A model generated the notes under the pieces. The model worked only from the letters and a program-made list of their open reading frames with translations. It was not told the DNA's origin and did not search any database. From positions 40,646 through 104,645 of the forward strand of contig MU057833.1 of the NCBI GenBank assembly GCA_013265495.1: 64,000 bases of DNA. Reading direction: 5' to 3'. Positions 1 to 14,099 of the stretch are shown one piece after another. How positions within the stretch are numbered: the first letter of the stretch is position 1; every line of letters starts with the position of its first letter. The translations under genes and the position numbers were made by a program. This stretch comes from Vicugna vicugna. Lineage: Eukaryota.

Positions 1-45
1 AGAAAGGAAGGAAGGAAGGAAGAAAGACAGAAAAAGAAAGAAAGA
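1..45 (+). repeat. (GAAG/GAAA)n purine-rich simple repeat
   Basis: agaaaggaaggaaggaaggaagaaagacagaaaaagaaagaaaga at the window start. Confidence 0.85.
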
Positions 46-1879
46 CATTATTCAATTTGTCATAGCTCAAGTAGTTACTGTGGGAAAATCTAGCCACCTC
101 TTTATAATTGGTTGTTCTTAAGTTTCCTTTTCTTGGATGCAAGTGCGTTGACCCTGGCTCAGGTTTCCTGTTGCCTGAGGAGGCTACCACAGCATTAGAG
201 TCAATTTAACACTTCATACAGTGTCTGCAGAATCAGTGCACGCCCTCTCTGATGAGCTGTGTACGCAATGCATCCAGCAGGAGACGTTCGCTGAACTGTT
301 CGGCACAGGACCATCCAGAGTCTGACAGTGAAACAGACCAAGGTTGTTTCGGAAGTTCTGCCTGCCTTTTGAACTACCCCCTCCCTTTTGGAAACTTCTT
401 TCTCAGATACCCTGGGTTTTTCTTCTCTCATATTTGAAACTTAATTTGTCCATTTTCTTACAACTTTGCCTTTTTAAATCAAGTTGTGTGGCTAATAGAC
501 CACGCTATGTCAACTCTAACCTTAGCTCAGACAACCACCCACAGAAAGAAACCCATCAGACAGTTACACAAAGATGTCTTTTAAAGGACTCTAGTTCTCA
601 TTTGAGCAATAAATAGAGACTGCCTTAAATCACGTGTATGATGGAAGAGAAAGGCCACACAACAAAGCTGTATGGGGAGGCCCGCTGGCACAGAGCAACG
701 ATTTTTTTTCATGGCGGCTAGCCAGATATCCTCAAAGTTTGATTCATTTTCTTAGAAAATACTGTAAAGTGTGGGCTCTATTGATGATAATATATGCTAA
801 CAAAATTAATATAAGCACATTGTGCCTTATCTAGGTGAACACTAAAAGTAGGATTTATGCCTGCCCTTAATTTGTTATGGTGGCTTAGAAATTCTTTCAC
901 GTTTAGTCTCTGCTCACATCTCCCAGTTTACCAACCTCATTCCTCGGTCACTTTTCCAGCCACTTCCAACTATTTACACTAATTGCAATTTTTCAAATGT
1001 ATTATTCATTTTCTTACCCTTTGCACATAATATTCTTCTGATTCTTGGAACATCCATGCTTACATCCTATCCTCCTTGAATTCTACTAGTGTGTCTTACC
1101 CGTCTTTGGCCCACAAAGACCAGAGGTATGGCCTCCAACGTGACATCCCAAACGCTGTCTTTTGTATGGTGTATCCATTACCTTATGGTGTTTAACTAAC
1201 TGCTTAGTATTGTTGTTTTAATTTTTACTGTGAACTATTTAAAAAAAGATTCTTATTCATAGTTGTATTTCCAGTGTCTTTTACAAAGAGTTGTTCTTAC
1301 ATATTTCTGGTTTTGTTGAATAAACACTTAGTACAAAGTAAGTTCTAACTTTACAAATGGTTTTTATAGGATGTTTGTTTTAATTATATACAACATTTAG
1401 TATTTTATTATTATTTCTCTTATTTTTCTCATTTATATTTTATCTCTTTGTGGAGAAAACTTACCTTTTATGTTTTTTGAATACCCCATGGATCCTGGGA
1501 TAGCTGGAAACTCATAGGTGGTGTTTAAAATACTGGCTATTTAATTAATTAAACAAACAAAATAATATGCCAGTAAATTAATAAGTATATCCATCAAAAT
1601 GAGTACTTGAAGCTGTTCAGACAAGGTACAGGATAAATGACTAACAATTTAATCATCTGATTAAGTTTTTTTGTTTTTTTTTTTGTACAGTACTTCATTC
1701 TAACGATAAGAGAGAGAGAGATTCTTTGAGCAAAAGACTCACTCTGGGAATTAGATATAATCAGTCACCATGTTATTGGGAAGAGGGGCCTGAAAAAAGT
1801 GAATTTTTAGTGAGAGACAGAAAGCGTGATATGAACAGAAGCCTGTATTTGTGAAGTGGAAAGGAAGTAAAATACAGCA

Positions 1880-2030
1880 CACCCCCGAGAACTGGAGGCC
1901 GGCCAGTCCAAGAGAGGACAAATGGCGCTGCGCCTTTGCTTCGCGTGTCCTATATCCTGGTAGGGGGGCGTTTTTTGTGATTGACTGACAGCTCACGTCC
2001 CTTGTGCTCAGACACGCCCATCTCTTTTAC
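1880..2030 (-). promoter_or_regulatory. Small CpG-enriched promoter-like element
   Basis: The minus strand reads TCAATCA (CCAAT-like), CGCCCCCC, GATATAGG and CGCCATTTG (YY1/Inr-like) in promoter order. A TGACTGACAG decamer lies at ~1982-1991 (+). CpGs are retained in AT-rich surroundings. No downstream exon identified. Confidence 0.3.
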
Positions 2031-2619
2031 AGATATTTTACCCACAATGCACACGGAGAAACCTGTGGGAGGGGTTCAATCTGCAATGTTCATTACATTA
2101 TAACGAACCCTCGGTCAGGTGAAGCTGGGTTCTCTCTACTGCGCAGCTGCAGCATTCAATTCCAGCACGCTTCTCTGCTGGCCTTCATTTAAAGGAAACA
2201 TTTTTGGAGCCCCTTATCCTGAGCACAGGCATACTGTTGTTTTCTTGGTTGCTCCCTCCGTTTCCCCCCTTGCCCAGTGCTCATTTCTATCTAACTGCCC
2301 TACAACCAGAATGATTTTCCATTAGCTAAAGATGGTTTTAGATACTTTTGGTTAACAATACACACAAAAAGAACACAACTGTTGAATATGAATTTTTCTT
2401 GAAGCTTTTGTTTACTTTATTAAAGAAATTATAAATGACAAGTCATGATAAACTCTCATTATGTGTATCTTTAGTGACATTTCTATTCAGAGGAATACAA
2501 ATACAACAATAATAACAATGCTTTATTTAGCATATGATTTTAAACTACCTGTAACTTCATTTCTTTTCATGTTTTACATAAGTAAGTCTGTTAAATACCT
2601 ATATGTATGGAAATAATAT

Positions 2620-3000
2620 TATTTACTGCTCAAAAAATAATAGTGATAATTTAAAAGATCCAAATGATAATAAAGTATTAAATTTCAAAACTTATGAGAT
2701 GCAGCAAGTGTAGTACCTGAGGGAAATAGTTGGCTTTGGGACAGCTACTAAAATAGATTCGGCTGAGATCAAATAAGAGAAAAAAGAGACAGGATTTAAA
2801 AATAAGACATTACTACAAATACAGCAGAAATTAAAGAACTAGAAGAAATTTTGTATAATTTTACAGCAAAATTTTTGAAAAGTTGAGCAAAATGGATAAA
2901 TTCCAGGAAAAAAAAACTTACCAAGAGTTACCCAAGGCAAAGTAGACAGTGTAACTATATATATAATCATTAAAGAAATTGAGTAAGCAGTTTAAAAATC
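2620..3000 (+). mobile_element. Old L1 ORF2 fragment
   Basis: L1-like phrases: aataagacattactacaaatacagcagaaattaaag, aaaatggataaattccaggaaaaa, cattaaagaaattgag. Confidence 0.7.
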
Positions 3001-3381
3001 TCTCTTCTTTCAAAGTAAAGAAAGGATGGTTTTCAGATGGTTTACATTTTCAAAATATGGATCTTCTGGGGGGTGGGATATGTAATTATTTTTAATAAAA
3101 AATTATTTTTCTCCAACAACTGGTTTGCACATGGAGGGCCGTGACCCATGGTCAATTCTCAAATACGGGCAACTGTTTGGACCCGCGGACACCCCCCCAG
3201 GACACATCCACGGCCTCCTCCCTTCCAGGATGACACGAGCGACCAAAGTCTGCATATTTCTTCCAGCTTCCAGTGTTAGAGCCCAAGAAAGCGCCTCCTT
3301 CTGACTGAGGGAGGGTCTTCACATCCTGGAGCGGGGCGTTTCCACTTGGCCCTGCCGGGCAGCAGGCGTGGCCACTCCAGG

Positions 3382-3744
3382 TCACCCCACCTGGCACGTC
3401 TGGATCACTTCCTGCAGGACCCTCACCCCCTCCACGCTCTTGCCTTTCACCGCCATGGCGAGCACTGCGCTGTTTCCAGCTGCTTGAGACACCAACGCCA
3501 CGGAGACGTTCTTGGCGAAGACGTGGATGAGAGGTCCGGCCAGCCGAGGAGACTTCAGTGGCGAGCACGGGCTTGCCGGTGTCACTGGTCACGTTGCTGG
3601 GTTCCAGGGAGACCAGGGGCCCCATTTTCCCGAACTGGGTCCCACTACCAGGATGTGGTTGCTGAAGGCTGTGCAGACCTCCTGGGTTGGGACCCCACAC
3701 ACCACATCAGTCTTCTGTTTTGATACCAATGGTTTGTCCTCCAT
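3382..3744 (-). pseudogene. PSMG3: PSMG3 (proteasome assembly chaperone 3) processed pseudogene, CDS part
   Basis: From the ATG at 3744 the minus strand gives MEDKPLVSKQKTDVVCGVPTQEVCTAFSNHILVV / TQFGKMGPLVSLEPSNVTSDTGKPVLAT / PLIHVFAKNVSVALVSQAAGNSAVLAMAVKGKSVEGVRVLQEVIQTCQVG*. This matches recalled PSMG3 across three frames. It is intronless with at least 2 frameshifts. Outer boundaries are unclear. Confidence 0.93.
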
Positions 3745-3849
3745 GGCTGCATCTGTTCAATGGTAACTTTAGTTCATCAGATAGGCCTTGGGGCTCCAGA
3801 ATATATACCACTTGGGATTAAAACAGAACACTGACCGGGGGTTGGGGCA

Positions 3850-3943
3850 GGGGGGTGCGTATAGCTCAGTGGTAGAGTGCGTGCTTAGCCTGTATGAGGT
3901 CCTGGGTTCAATCCCCAGTACCTCCACTTTAAAAAAAAAAAAA
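3850..3943 (+). mobile_element. tRNA-derived SINE (camelid Vic-1-like)
   Basis: A box tagctcagtggtag, B box ggttcaatccc, then cctccacttt and a poly-A tail. Confidence 0.88.
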
Positions 3944-4039
3944 TGTAGGCCCATTCGAAAGCCTGTCTCTGTTCATCCACACAGGTTTCATTCGCCTGGA
4001 ACTTTCTGGATTCATTAACTACACACACACATATACTCA

Positions 4040-4430
4040 GGCCAGGCAGAGGCGGGTTGTCAAACAGGCTTTTGTCTCTAGAGGTGGGTTGGGAACTGTT
4101 CTCTCCCACGCGCTCGAGTCCCTCGCTGTCCGCATCGGGTGACCCCACACCACCCTGAGGGCTCCCGTTTGAGTCGGGGGTGGGGAAGTAAGCAGGCCCC
4201 CCGGGCAGGTGGCCGCGCCCCCGCCGCCCCTCCTGCCCGCCCTCTGAGGTTGCAGTTTCCGCGTCTGGGGAACCAGGTCCCGCAGGATGAGCAGCAGCCC
4301 CGCCGCGGCGGGCGCGGGGCGGGGGGCGGAGGGCGGCGGGCGTGGGAGGGGCCCCCGGGGCCGCCCGCCCTCCCGCCCGGCTCCGGCCACCCCGCCCGCG
4401 CTCACCGGCCCGCCCGAAATACGGGTCTTG
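4040..4430. promoter_or_regulatory. CpG island directly upstream of the PSMG3 retrocopy
   Basis: Very GC- and CpG-rich with several GGGCGG boxes (4300-4415). It ends abruptly in AT-rich DNA at ~4430. Probably the carried-over 5' region of the PSMG3 transcript (inference). Confidence 0.65.
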
Positions 4431-5689
4431 AAAAACATGGAAAATATCCCATGGAAGCAAAAAAGGAGAATAATTTCCAGCTCACTCTATGAGGACTTTA
4501 TGGCTGGGACATAAAAATCAGAGAAGAAAGTGAAAATAAAGAAATAGTTTACAAAAAAAAAGACTTAGAAAAATAATGAGTAAGGGGACAAACTTATCTT
4601 TGTACAACGCCGTACAATGTAAAGACTACAAATTTTAATGATAGACGCTGAATTTAAAATTATAAACAATTGGAAAGGTTTAAGAAGTGAAAAATAAAGT
4701 TAGCCAAGGCAACAGATTAAAATAAATCTCATGATGGACTGGATCAAAAAAAAAAAACTAGTTTCTGATACATTTACACTCATCAGTGAGTCCCATATAG
4801 TTTCAATTTAAAACATATAAGTAATACACAATTTCTGAATACAGCAAGGTTTCCGTGTCTCAGTCTCTAAAAGCTGTTTTCAGAGAGAAATATTAGTCAC
4901 GTCTCTAATTGCATTTCTAATTACGACTATCCCTAGAATAGAGTTTAGAATTTTAAGAGCCTTGAAGAATTTTAGTCACCAAGTACAGAAGTTATAGTCT
5001 CCTTTTTTATACATAAAATCCACTGTCTTAATTTGCTTCTAATTTATAGAGTTCAGTTAAAACATTAATAAGTAATAATTTTATAAACAAAGAAAAATAA
5101 GAAAAATCAATTAAAAGAACTTTGACATCTAAGCAAAGATAAGCAATTGTTACATCCAAAGTGGAAGAAATGAGCATGGAAATGTCCCAGAGGCTGGGCC
5201 AGATCTATTAATTACATCCCATAACCCTCCAGCCTTATCTAACACAATTAACCTGATTACATACAAGTAGACACAAGTTCATGGAGGTTAAGTTACTTGC
5301 CTAACTTCACCCAGCCTGTTAGTAACAGACACATGATTCAAAAATAAGCACATTTTGGTTTCAAGGTCCGCGCTTATTATTGTACTGTATGATTTATTTA
5401 AACAGTACTAAAAATTTAGATGTTGAGATTGGAAAGAGAGCGTGTTGTAGTATGGTGACACTCACCAAAATTAATAATTGATCATTCTTTGTCTTTTCTC
5501 TAGTGTGTGGTATTAAAATCATATATAGACTAATAAACCTAATGAGTTCTTTAAATGAATTTTTTATTTTTGTATAATTTGGGATTTTCAGAAAAAATTA
5601 TAAAGATAGTACAAGTATTTCTCTTATATGCTTCACTAATTTTTTTTAATTTACATTATTATGATTATTGTTAAATTAAGAAACTAAAA

Positions 5690-7250
5690 AATACAGATAG
5701 AAAAAAGAAACACACACTAACAATATCATAAATGACAGAGGGGATAATACTGTAGACCTCATAGACATTAATGATACTTAGTGGTGAAAAATAAATTCTT
5801 CCCTCTAAGGTGGGGAAAAGGGTAGGAAGCTGACTCCCCCCATTCTTATGTGCAAATTACTAAAATTCCTAGTTAATGCAGTCAGGCAGGAAAAAGAAAG
5901 CACATAGACTGGAAAGCATTTAACTGTCCCTATGTGAAGGTTACATGAATTTTCTCCATACAACATACAAAAGACTCTGAACAAAAATGAACCAAAAACC
6001 CATAAATCTTCTAGAACTTATAAGTGAGTTAGCGAGGTCATAGAATGCAAGGTTAACACACAAAAATCAATTACAATTGTATATACTAGCACTGAACTCC
6101 TGAAGAATAACAACAAAAACATTTACAATAGTGCCACAAGTATCTAAAAACTGAAGTATGAATGTAGCCAAACAAATGTAAAATGCTGAAATCTTCAAAA
6201 AAAAAAAGCTATTTAAAGCAATTAGAGAAAAAGTTTGTAAATTATAATTTCAGCTAAGGACTTCTTCCAGAATATTAAAAAAAATAAACTCTTAAAATTC
6301 AATAATTTTTTTAAAAACTAGTTTTTAAAAATAAGCAAAATATTTGAACAGATACATAACAAGAAATTCATACACATGCAAGTAAGCACTAAAATATGCT
6401 CAGACTCAATAATCATTAGACAAAAGTATGCTGTATAGCACAGGGAAATATACATAAAACGTTATGGTCGCTCACAGAGAAAAAAATATGACAATGAGTG
6501 TGTATATGTCCATGTATGACTGAAAAATTGTGCTGAACACTGGAATTTGACACAACATTGTAAAATGATTATAAATCAATAAAAAATGTTAAAAAAAATA
6601 AATAAAATAAAATAAATTAATTAAAAAATTAAAATATTGATAAAATGAAATTTTAAACCTATTAAAATGGATTTTAAAATGAATAGTACCAAATACTGGT
6701 ATAATTTCAGAGCTGCTGGAACGCCTACATAGCTGATGGGAATGTATATTGGTAGATCCACTTTGGAGTGCAGTCTGGCAGTTTCTTATAACCTTAAACA
6801 ATAGAACCTAATAATCCAATTTGTAGTACTCAAAGTGAAATAAACATTTACCTTTACACACAAAAGATCTTTATGCCAATGTTTATAGACATTTTATTTA
6901 TTATTGCCAAAACTAGAAACAACCCAAATTTTTCTCAACTGTGGAACTGATATATATAATATTTGATAAAATACTACTCAGTAATAAAAGGGATTGAACA
7001 GATACACACGGCAACATAAAATAATTTTAAATGTATAAGCAAAGTAAAGAAACCAGAATAAAAGGCGATGTACTGTATTAATCTATTTACACAGCATCCT
7101 GGAAAGAGCAAAAACTTAAGAAACAAAAAATAGCTCAGTGGCTTCCAAGAGCTGAGTATTAGGGAAGAGAGGGAAGACAAAGAATTCAGTTTTAAAAAAA
7201 AAAGTGACATGGGGGAAGTTTTGCGTGATGGAGTTGTTCCATACTTAACT
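5690..7250 (+). mobile_element. Old L1 ORF2/3' fragments with a nested young L1 3' end (~6422-6630)
   Basis: L1 motifs caaaaatcaattacaattgtatatactagc and ttgccaaaactagaaacaacccaaat. The young 3' end reads ctgtatagcacagggaaata...aatcaataaaaaatgttaaaa. Confidence 0.75.
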
Positions 7251-7254
7251 TTTG

Positions 7255-9005
7255 TTGACCTAAAATTGACAAAATTTCAGTATATTTAAGGCATACGGTG
7301 TGATGATTTTATATACATATATATTGTGAAAAGATTTCTATCAAATTAATGAACATAGTCATCACCTCACATATTTACCTTTTTGTGTGTGAGAACACCT
7401 AAGCTGTAATTTCTTGGCAAATGTCAGTAATATAATACCATATTGTCAACTGTAGTACCAGTAATACATTAGATCTTCAGACCTGATTTATCTTGTAACT
7501 GAAAGTTTGTACTTTTTTTGAGCCTCTGCAAATTCCTTCCACCCTCAACTCCTGGCAACCACCATTCTACTCTCTGTATTTATGTTTTGAGATTCCACGT
7601 ATAAGTGATACCATGAAATTTTTTTTCTCTTTCTGACTTATTTCACTTAGTATAATGCTGTCTAAGTTGATCCACGCTGTTGCAAGTGGCATGATTTCCT
7701 TCTTTTTTAGGACTGAGTAATACATTGGATAGGGAATTGCATCTATAGATGGCTTTGGGTAGTATGGACATTTTAACAATATTATTATCTTCCAGCCCAT
7801 GAACATGGAATATCTTTCTGTTTATTTGTTTCTTTAATTTCTTCCATCAATGTTTGTCTTTACCTCCTTTATAATATTTATTTCTAAGTATTTTATTTTT
7901 TGATCCTATTGTAAATGGGATTATTTCCTTAGGTTTTAATTCTAAGAGTTGCTTATTAATATATAAAAAGCATAAATTATTTTTACTGATTAATTTTTTA
8001 TTCTGTAACTCTAGTGGATTTGTTGATTAACAGATCTTTGCTGAAGTCCTTAGGATTTTCTCTATATAATTTCACGCCATCTGCAAAAAGAGACAATTTT
8101 AATTCTTCCTTTCTGATTTGGATGCCTGTTATTCTTTCTTACACGACTGCTGTGGCTAGGAGTGCTGATCCTGTGGTCAAGAAAAAGTGGTGAGTGTTGC
8201 ATCCTGTATTGTTCCCGATCTTAGAGTAAAGGCTTTCAGCTTTCCATTGTTGGGTATGTGAGCTATGGGCTTGTGACATATGGCTTTTATTTTGTTAAAG
8301 TGCATTCCAAGTACACATAATCAGTTGAAGGTTTTTATCATGAAAGGATGCTGAATTTTGTCAAATGCTTTTTCTGCACCTATTAATTTTACCTTCATTT
8401 TCTTAATGTCATGTGTCACATTTGTTGTTTTGCACATACTGAATGACCCTTGTACCACTGGAATAAATCCAACGTGCTCATGGTGTATGATCATTTTAAT
8501 GTACTGATGAATTCAGTTTGCCAATATTTTGTTGAGGATTTTTGAACCTATGTTTAACAGGATATTGGTCTGTAATTTTCTTTCTTTTCTGATTTTGGCA
8601 TCAAAATAATGCTGGCCTCATAAGATGAATTGGGAAGTGCTCCCACCTCTTCTGCTTCTTAGAAGAGTCTGTAAAAGATTGACATGAATTCTTTTTTAAC
8701 TGTTTTGTAGAATTCAACAGTGAAGTCATTTGGTCCTGGACTTTTCTTTGTTATGAGGTTTTTGATTAATAATTAAATCTTCTTGCTACTAATTGATCTG
8801 TTCAGATTTTCTATTTCTACATGATTCGTTCAGGTAGGTTGTACATTTCTAAGAATTTATCCTTTCCTACTAGGTTATTAACTTGTTGGTGTATAATTCT
8901 TTATAGCAGTTTTTTAATGATCCTTAGTGTTTCTGTGACATCAGTTGTGGTGTCTGATTTTATTACTGATTTTTATAGTTTATTTTATCTTTCTTTTTGT
9001 CTTAG
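7255..9005 (-). mobile_element. L1 3' end plus ORF2 fragment, internally deleted at ~7725
   Basis: The reverse translation KKKEIMPLATAWINLDSIILSEISQKEK is joined directly to upstream ORF2 sequence. Confidence 0.85.
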
Positions 9006-9634
9006 TGTGTAGAAGTTTAATATGAGGTCCAGGAGAGCAGGTTTTTGTTTAGTTCAAGGATATATTTTCAATGTGTAGAAGAATGCTTGGTACATAGTAG
9101 ATCATATATAATGTACACATATATTATACAAATGTTTACTATAAAAAAAGAGAAACTGAGTGAGTTCTAACTCAGATGATAATGATCTTTTCTGCAAAGC
9201 AAGCTATGCAAGCTTTATCAATATGTACATTGTAGAGTCTTGGGTTAGAGAGCTGAAAATATTAAAACAATAGGTTTATCAATATCCCCAACTGGAGGAA
9301 AGGGACAGTAGCTTCGATCTCTATTGCCAGCTAACGTCTAGCCCCTGGGAGTGGCTCTCACAGTATCTGCCTAAGGCACAGTCATGGAAAGAAACTGAAG
9401 CATGACAATTTATATTCCCATTTATTCTTGTCCTGTTTAATGTGTTCTCTATGGTATAAACAGAGTGATCTTTTTAATTGTAATTCTAATTTTACTTCTT
9501 CACTTAAAACTAATTATTTCTCATTTTTCTTAAGCAAAGGCAGTACTCTCCCAGATTGTTGACAAGGACCTACATAGTCTGGCTTTTATGCGCCCTGCAT
9601 AAATTGTCTCCTTCCATACTCAACATTTTATTTA

Positions 9635-10795
9635 TTTTGTTTATTGTGTCCTCTTTCTTTTCTTCTTGATCAGCCTGGCCAGCAGTTTGTCAATTTTGTT
9701 TACTCCTTCAAAAAACCAGCTCCTGGTTTGATTAATTTTTTCTATTTTTTTTTTTATCTATTTTATTTCTTTCCTCCTTGATATTTATTATTTATTTTCT
9801 CTGCTGAATTTGGGATTTGTTTGTTCTTCTTTTCCTAATTCTTTTAAGTGGTGGGTTTGAGCTTGTTCTTATTTTTTGTGTAGGAACCCTACTGCTATGA
9901 ACTTTATCTTAGGGCTGCTTTTGCTGCATCCCATGCAATTTTAGTGGTTGTGTTTTCATTCTCATTTATCTCAAGGTATTTTTTTAATTTCGTTTTTGAT
10001 TTCATCATCGACTCACTGTTTTGGTTTTTTTTCTTTAGTAACATGTTGTTTAGTGTCCATGTAGTCTTTTTTTCTCCCTCATTTTTCATTCTGTAGTTGA
10101 TTCTTATTTTCACACCATTGTGGTCAGAAAATATGCTTGAAATAATTTTCTGTCCTCTTAAATTCGCTGAGGCTTCTTTTGTGTCCAAGTATGTGATCTA
10201 TCCCAGAGAATGTTCCATGTGCATTTGAAAAGAATGTATATTTTGTTTCTGGGGGGATGTAATGTCCTGAAAAATCAATTTAGTCTAACTGCTCTGTTGT
10301 GTAATTTAATATCTCAGTTGCCTTATTGATCTTATGTTGGGAATATCTGTCCAATAATGTGACTGGAGTGTTAAAGTCTCCTACTGTCATTGCATTCCCA
10401 TCAATTTCTCCCTTTTGGTCTGTTAGTATCTGTTTTATACATTTAGGGGTTCCTATATTGGGTGCAAATATGTTAACAAGTGTAATATCCTCATCTTGTA
10501 TTGCTCCTTTGATCATTGTGTAGTGTCCTTTATCTTTTTTATGGTCTTTGTTTTAAAGTCTATTCCATCTGATATGAGTAGTGCTACCCTCACTTTCTCG
10601 TCTCTTCCATTTTGCATGAAACACCGTTTTCCATTCTCCCACTTTTGCGCTATGTGTGTCCTTTACCCTAAAGTGGGTTTCTTGTAGGGAGCGTGCTGTT
10701 CATTTTTGTTTCCTTATCCAATCTGCCATTCTATGTCTTTTGATTGGAACATTTAGTCCATTGACATTTACAGTGATTATTGATAGATGTGTGTT
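9635..10795 (-). mobile_element. L1 ORF2 endonuclease-domain fragment
   Basis: ORF track gives MIKGAIQDEDITLVNIFAPNIGTP...VGDFNTP and IISSIFSDHNGVK. Confidence 0.92.
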
Positions 10796-11914
10796 CAGAC
10801 TCAATATTTTAGAATAATGCTGATAGTCATCTTTAAAAAACATATTGAACTTTTACTAAAATTTTATTAAACTTGTTTCATAAGCTCTTGTTATATGAAT
10901 AAATGGTTTTATTCTTTTCTTTCCCCTCCTGTTACGGGAACAATTGTTTTGGCATAAATACACTGAATAATCAACCAACTAATCAATTTAAAAAAAAAGG
11001 AGAAAGAGGAGACAAGATCAAGGACTTGGGAAAAGAAAGGACTATAGTTACATTCACAAAAGAATGCGAGTAAGGACAAGCTCTGCCCCCCACTTTATTT
11101 CCTCTTCCCCTTGTCTCCTATGAGGAAAAGGAAAATACAGATGCTGCCATAATGTTCAAGACTTTCAAAAATCTAATCAGCTCAATATTTTCTGAAATAA
11201 ACATTTTAATTGAAAAAGTAAATTATTTTGTATTATAAAGATTACTTTGAAAACCAAGTATACACTAATTAAAACTATGATGATTTTTCTATAGTAACAA
11301 ATATGTGTTAAAATTTTATTTCTCCAAGGATTGTCTAAGAATATTAGTAAAAACTTTGTTTAGAAGCAACAGTCAATTAAGGCTCTTACTTTGGGTAGAA
11401 AAATAAACATAAAAGCATTTTATATAGCTATCTCTTCTGAAATAAAACTTAGACAGAACATTGTGGAAAAAATAGAAATAACATTGCAGCGATTTTCACT
11501 TTTTTCTGATTTAGAAAATAGACCAAGAAATGAGGATGATATAGTTTTTCTGCTACCAGATTAAGCCCATTTGACCTACATGTATTTAACCAGTAACCCT
11601 CTCCCAACTTTTTTTTAATACTAATTGCCTCCCTAGGTTCTCATCTATTTTTGATCCACCTGCAGGCTATGGTTGAATTTGTATTCCTAAACCACACACT
11701 CCAAATGTCCTCTCATCTGTACTTCAAGATGCATTGCAGCCTTCTTTATTTCTCAGAGACCACATACTGTGGTCTTGTTTGACAAGTATTGTTTTCTCAC
11801 CTTCTTATTTCATTTCCATAATATCAAAAATCATCCATTTTCACCTTTAACCACAGTTCTTTATTTACTTTCCAACCTAGATAGCAGTGTTTTTCTAACA
11901 TCTTTGACAAAACA

Positions 11915-12150
11915 GAAAAAAAGAAAAGAAAAACAAACAAAAATAAGCACATTTGCAGAGAAATCTGTGCCATCATTAATCATACAAACATATGTATAAT
12001 GGGAAAACCACAGAAGAGGGGAGAGAGAAAGAAGCAGAAAAAATATTGGAAGAACTAATGTTAAAACAGCTCTCAAATTTAATGGAAACATCAATTTACA
12101 TGGTTGAGAAGTTCAAAGATCTCCAAGTAAGATACATGCCTATACAAATA
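11915..12150 (+). mobile_element. Old L1 ORF1 fragment
   Basis: EEGREKEAEKILEELMLKQLSNLMETSI resembles L1 ORF1. Confidence 0.65.
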
Positions 12151-12196
12151 TTAGACTCTTTAGCTTTAAGATTTTAAGTTACTTTTAAGGTTTTTT

Positions 12197-12227
<31 letters not shown>

Positions 12228-14099
12228 GTCTTTTTACGAAAATCATCGCAAAGAAACAGACGTATCCTGGGAGACACTCAGTCTTTGTGTGCCTGTGATA
12301 TCCTCTGTTAGTTATCCATTTTCCCCAGCCCACACACACACACACACACACATTTCGGAGCCTTCTGGCACAGCGTGCTGCATTAATCAGCCAGGATTCA
12401 CTTAAATGTAACTATGCAAGGAAGTCTGCCTTCAGCACAGCTTCATCCCTCTTTGCTACTCACAGTCAGCTACTGCGTTCCTCCTCCTTCAGGGACCCCT
12501 CATTCCCCTGAGTTCCTACTGCGTGTGTGAAGCATCTTGCCCCTGACAGCTCTTTTACTCACATAGGCGTTTTCAAGCCGCTTTCACTCCCGTAAGACTC
12601 TGCTACTCACCAGTTGTTGAAAGGCCAGTCTAACATAGACCAAAAATCTTACCCCTTGGATTTTTTAAAAGCAAACTTATAAATTAACCCATCCCTATGT
12701 ATAGCATTAACATAAATATGAAGGACCCCAGATGTGCACCCTTCTTTGAATATTCTGGGATTGTTTTGTTGGTACCAAAGAATCTGAACACACAACTTAA
12801 AGTGAGGGTGACATCTTTTTCTGAAAACAATCAACTACAAAACTGTCAATCATTTGGGGAAGAATTTAACATTGGACCAGAAAATAAGCATGTAGGGAGG
12901 TGAGATTTAAGACAAAATTTCTTCTTTCAAAATAAAGTTTGATTGAACTAGACACGGGAAGTTTAAGGCTATGATGAAAAGTAGTTAATAAACACTTTTG
13001 AAGACCTGCCTCCTAAGTGTTTATATCTTAACACCAATACTGAATGGATTCATAGTTTACATAAAGGACTGATAGCTTAGCTGCACCCATCATTTATAAT
13101 TATCTCTGAGTTAACTTAGCAGGTCATCTAATATAAATCTATTCTATCTAATTAAGTCTATAGTCAATCATAAGTGTACTTTCAAGTTCTCAAGCCAAAT
13201 TAACTTTGAACCAGAAAAGTAAAGGGAAGGTTTTTAAACTGAGCTTATTAGGGGAAACAATTGTTCTATTAAACATGCTTTTTTTGGATGTACCTAAATT
13301 ATTTGAATTTAGATGTATATCGCATTAGAGGCAAGGCATAATAACGTTATGATAAGTAGGCATAATTTAACATTATTCCTGAGTCAATACTTAATACCTT
13401 CAACTGTACTATAATAATGTTTTCAGGAGCTCTTGGAAAATATAGGCTACGTCTCCATGCAAACAATAGCTGTATAGAGATTTTAAATCCCTTTTGATTG
13501 TTTATTTAACATTCTCTGTCTCCTTTCTTGTTATCAGTTATAATTTTGTTACTCTATGTTCTTTCTTCTTATAACCTATTATAATTCTTCCAATTTTCTG
13601 CATTTTATATTTTTCCATTTTATCTTTCCAACATAAACCTGGTGGCAAATAGTTATAATTGTGTTCAAATCATATCATGAATAAACTTTGAGCCATTGCA
13701 TGAGGTGTGTAATAATTGACACATATTTTGGAACTTTCATTTCTTGTTCACTTGTAAATGTTTCGGATATTCTTTCTTTCCCAGACTTGTTTGCATCCTG
13801 TGTGTTTAAAATTGCTAGATAACTAAATTCCAGTCTGTTATAAGTCTAGATGACGAAAGACTGTTTGCTGCTGGATCATGATTTCATGGCAGATTAGATG
13901 GACTTTGTCATTATTGCTAATAAGGCAAATTTTCACTTCTCTATCATTCTTTGCCTGGTGTATTGGTAGCTGTTACTTTTGCTATGGTCTTTATTCATTG
14001 CTATATTCTCTTGCTCTTTTATAGAAATGCTCAATAGTATTTTACTCTAGTCAGCACTTAAGTCATTAAGATATATTCAGTGAAGTGAGTTTAATTAAT

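Noticed and set aside
3850..3925. tRNA-Ala-like genes (also at 19081 and 28653)
   Set aside because: The acceptor stems are imperfect and they have poly-A tails; the 19081 copy also has a TSD. These are SINEs, not tRNA genes.
3885..4514. Several GC-rich ORFs in the CpG island
   Set aside because: These are low-complexity translations expected from composition, and one runs into a SINE.
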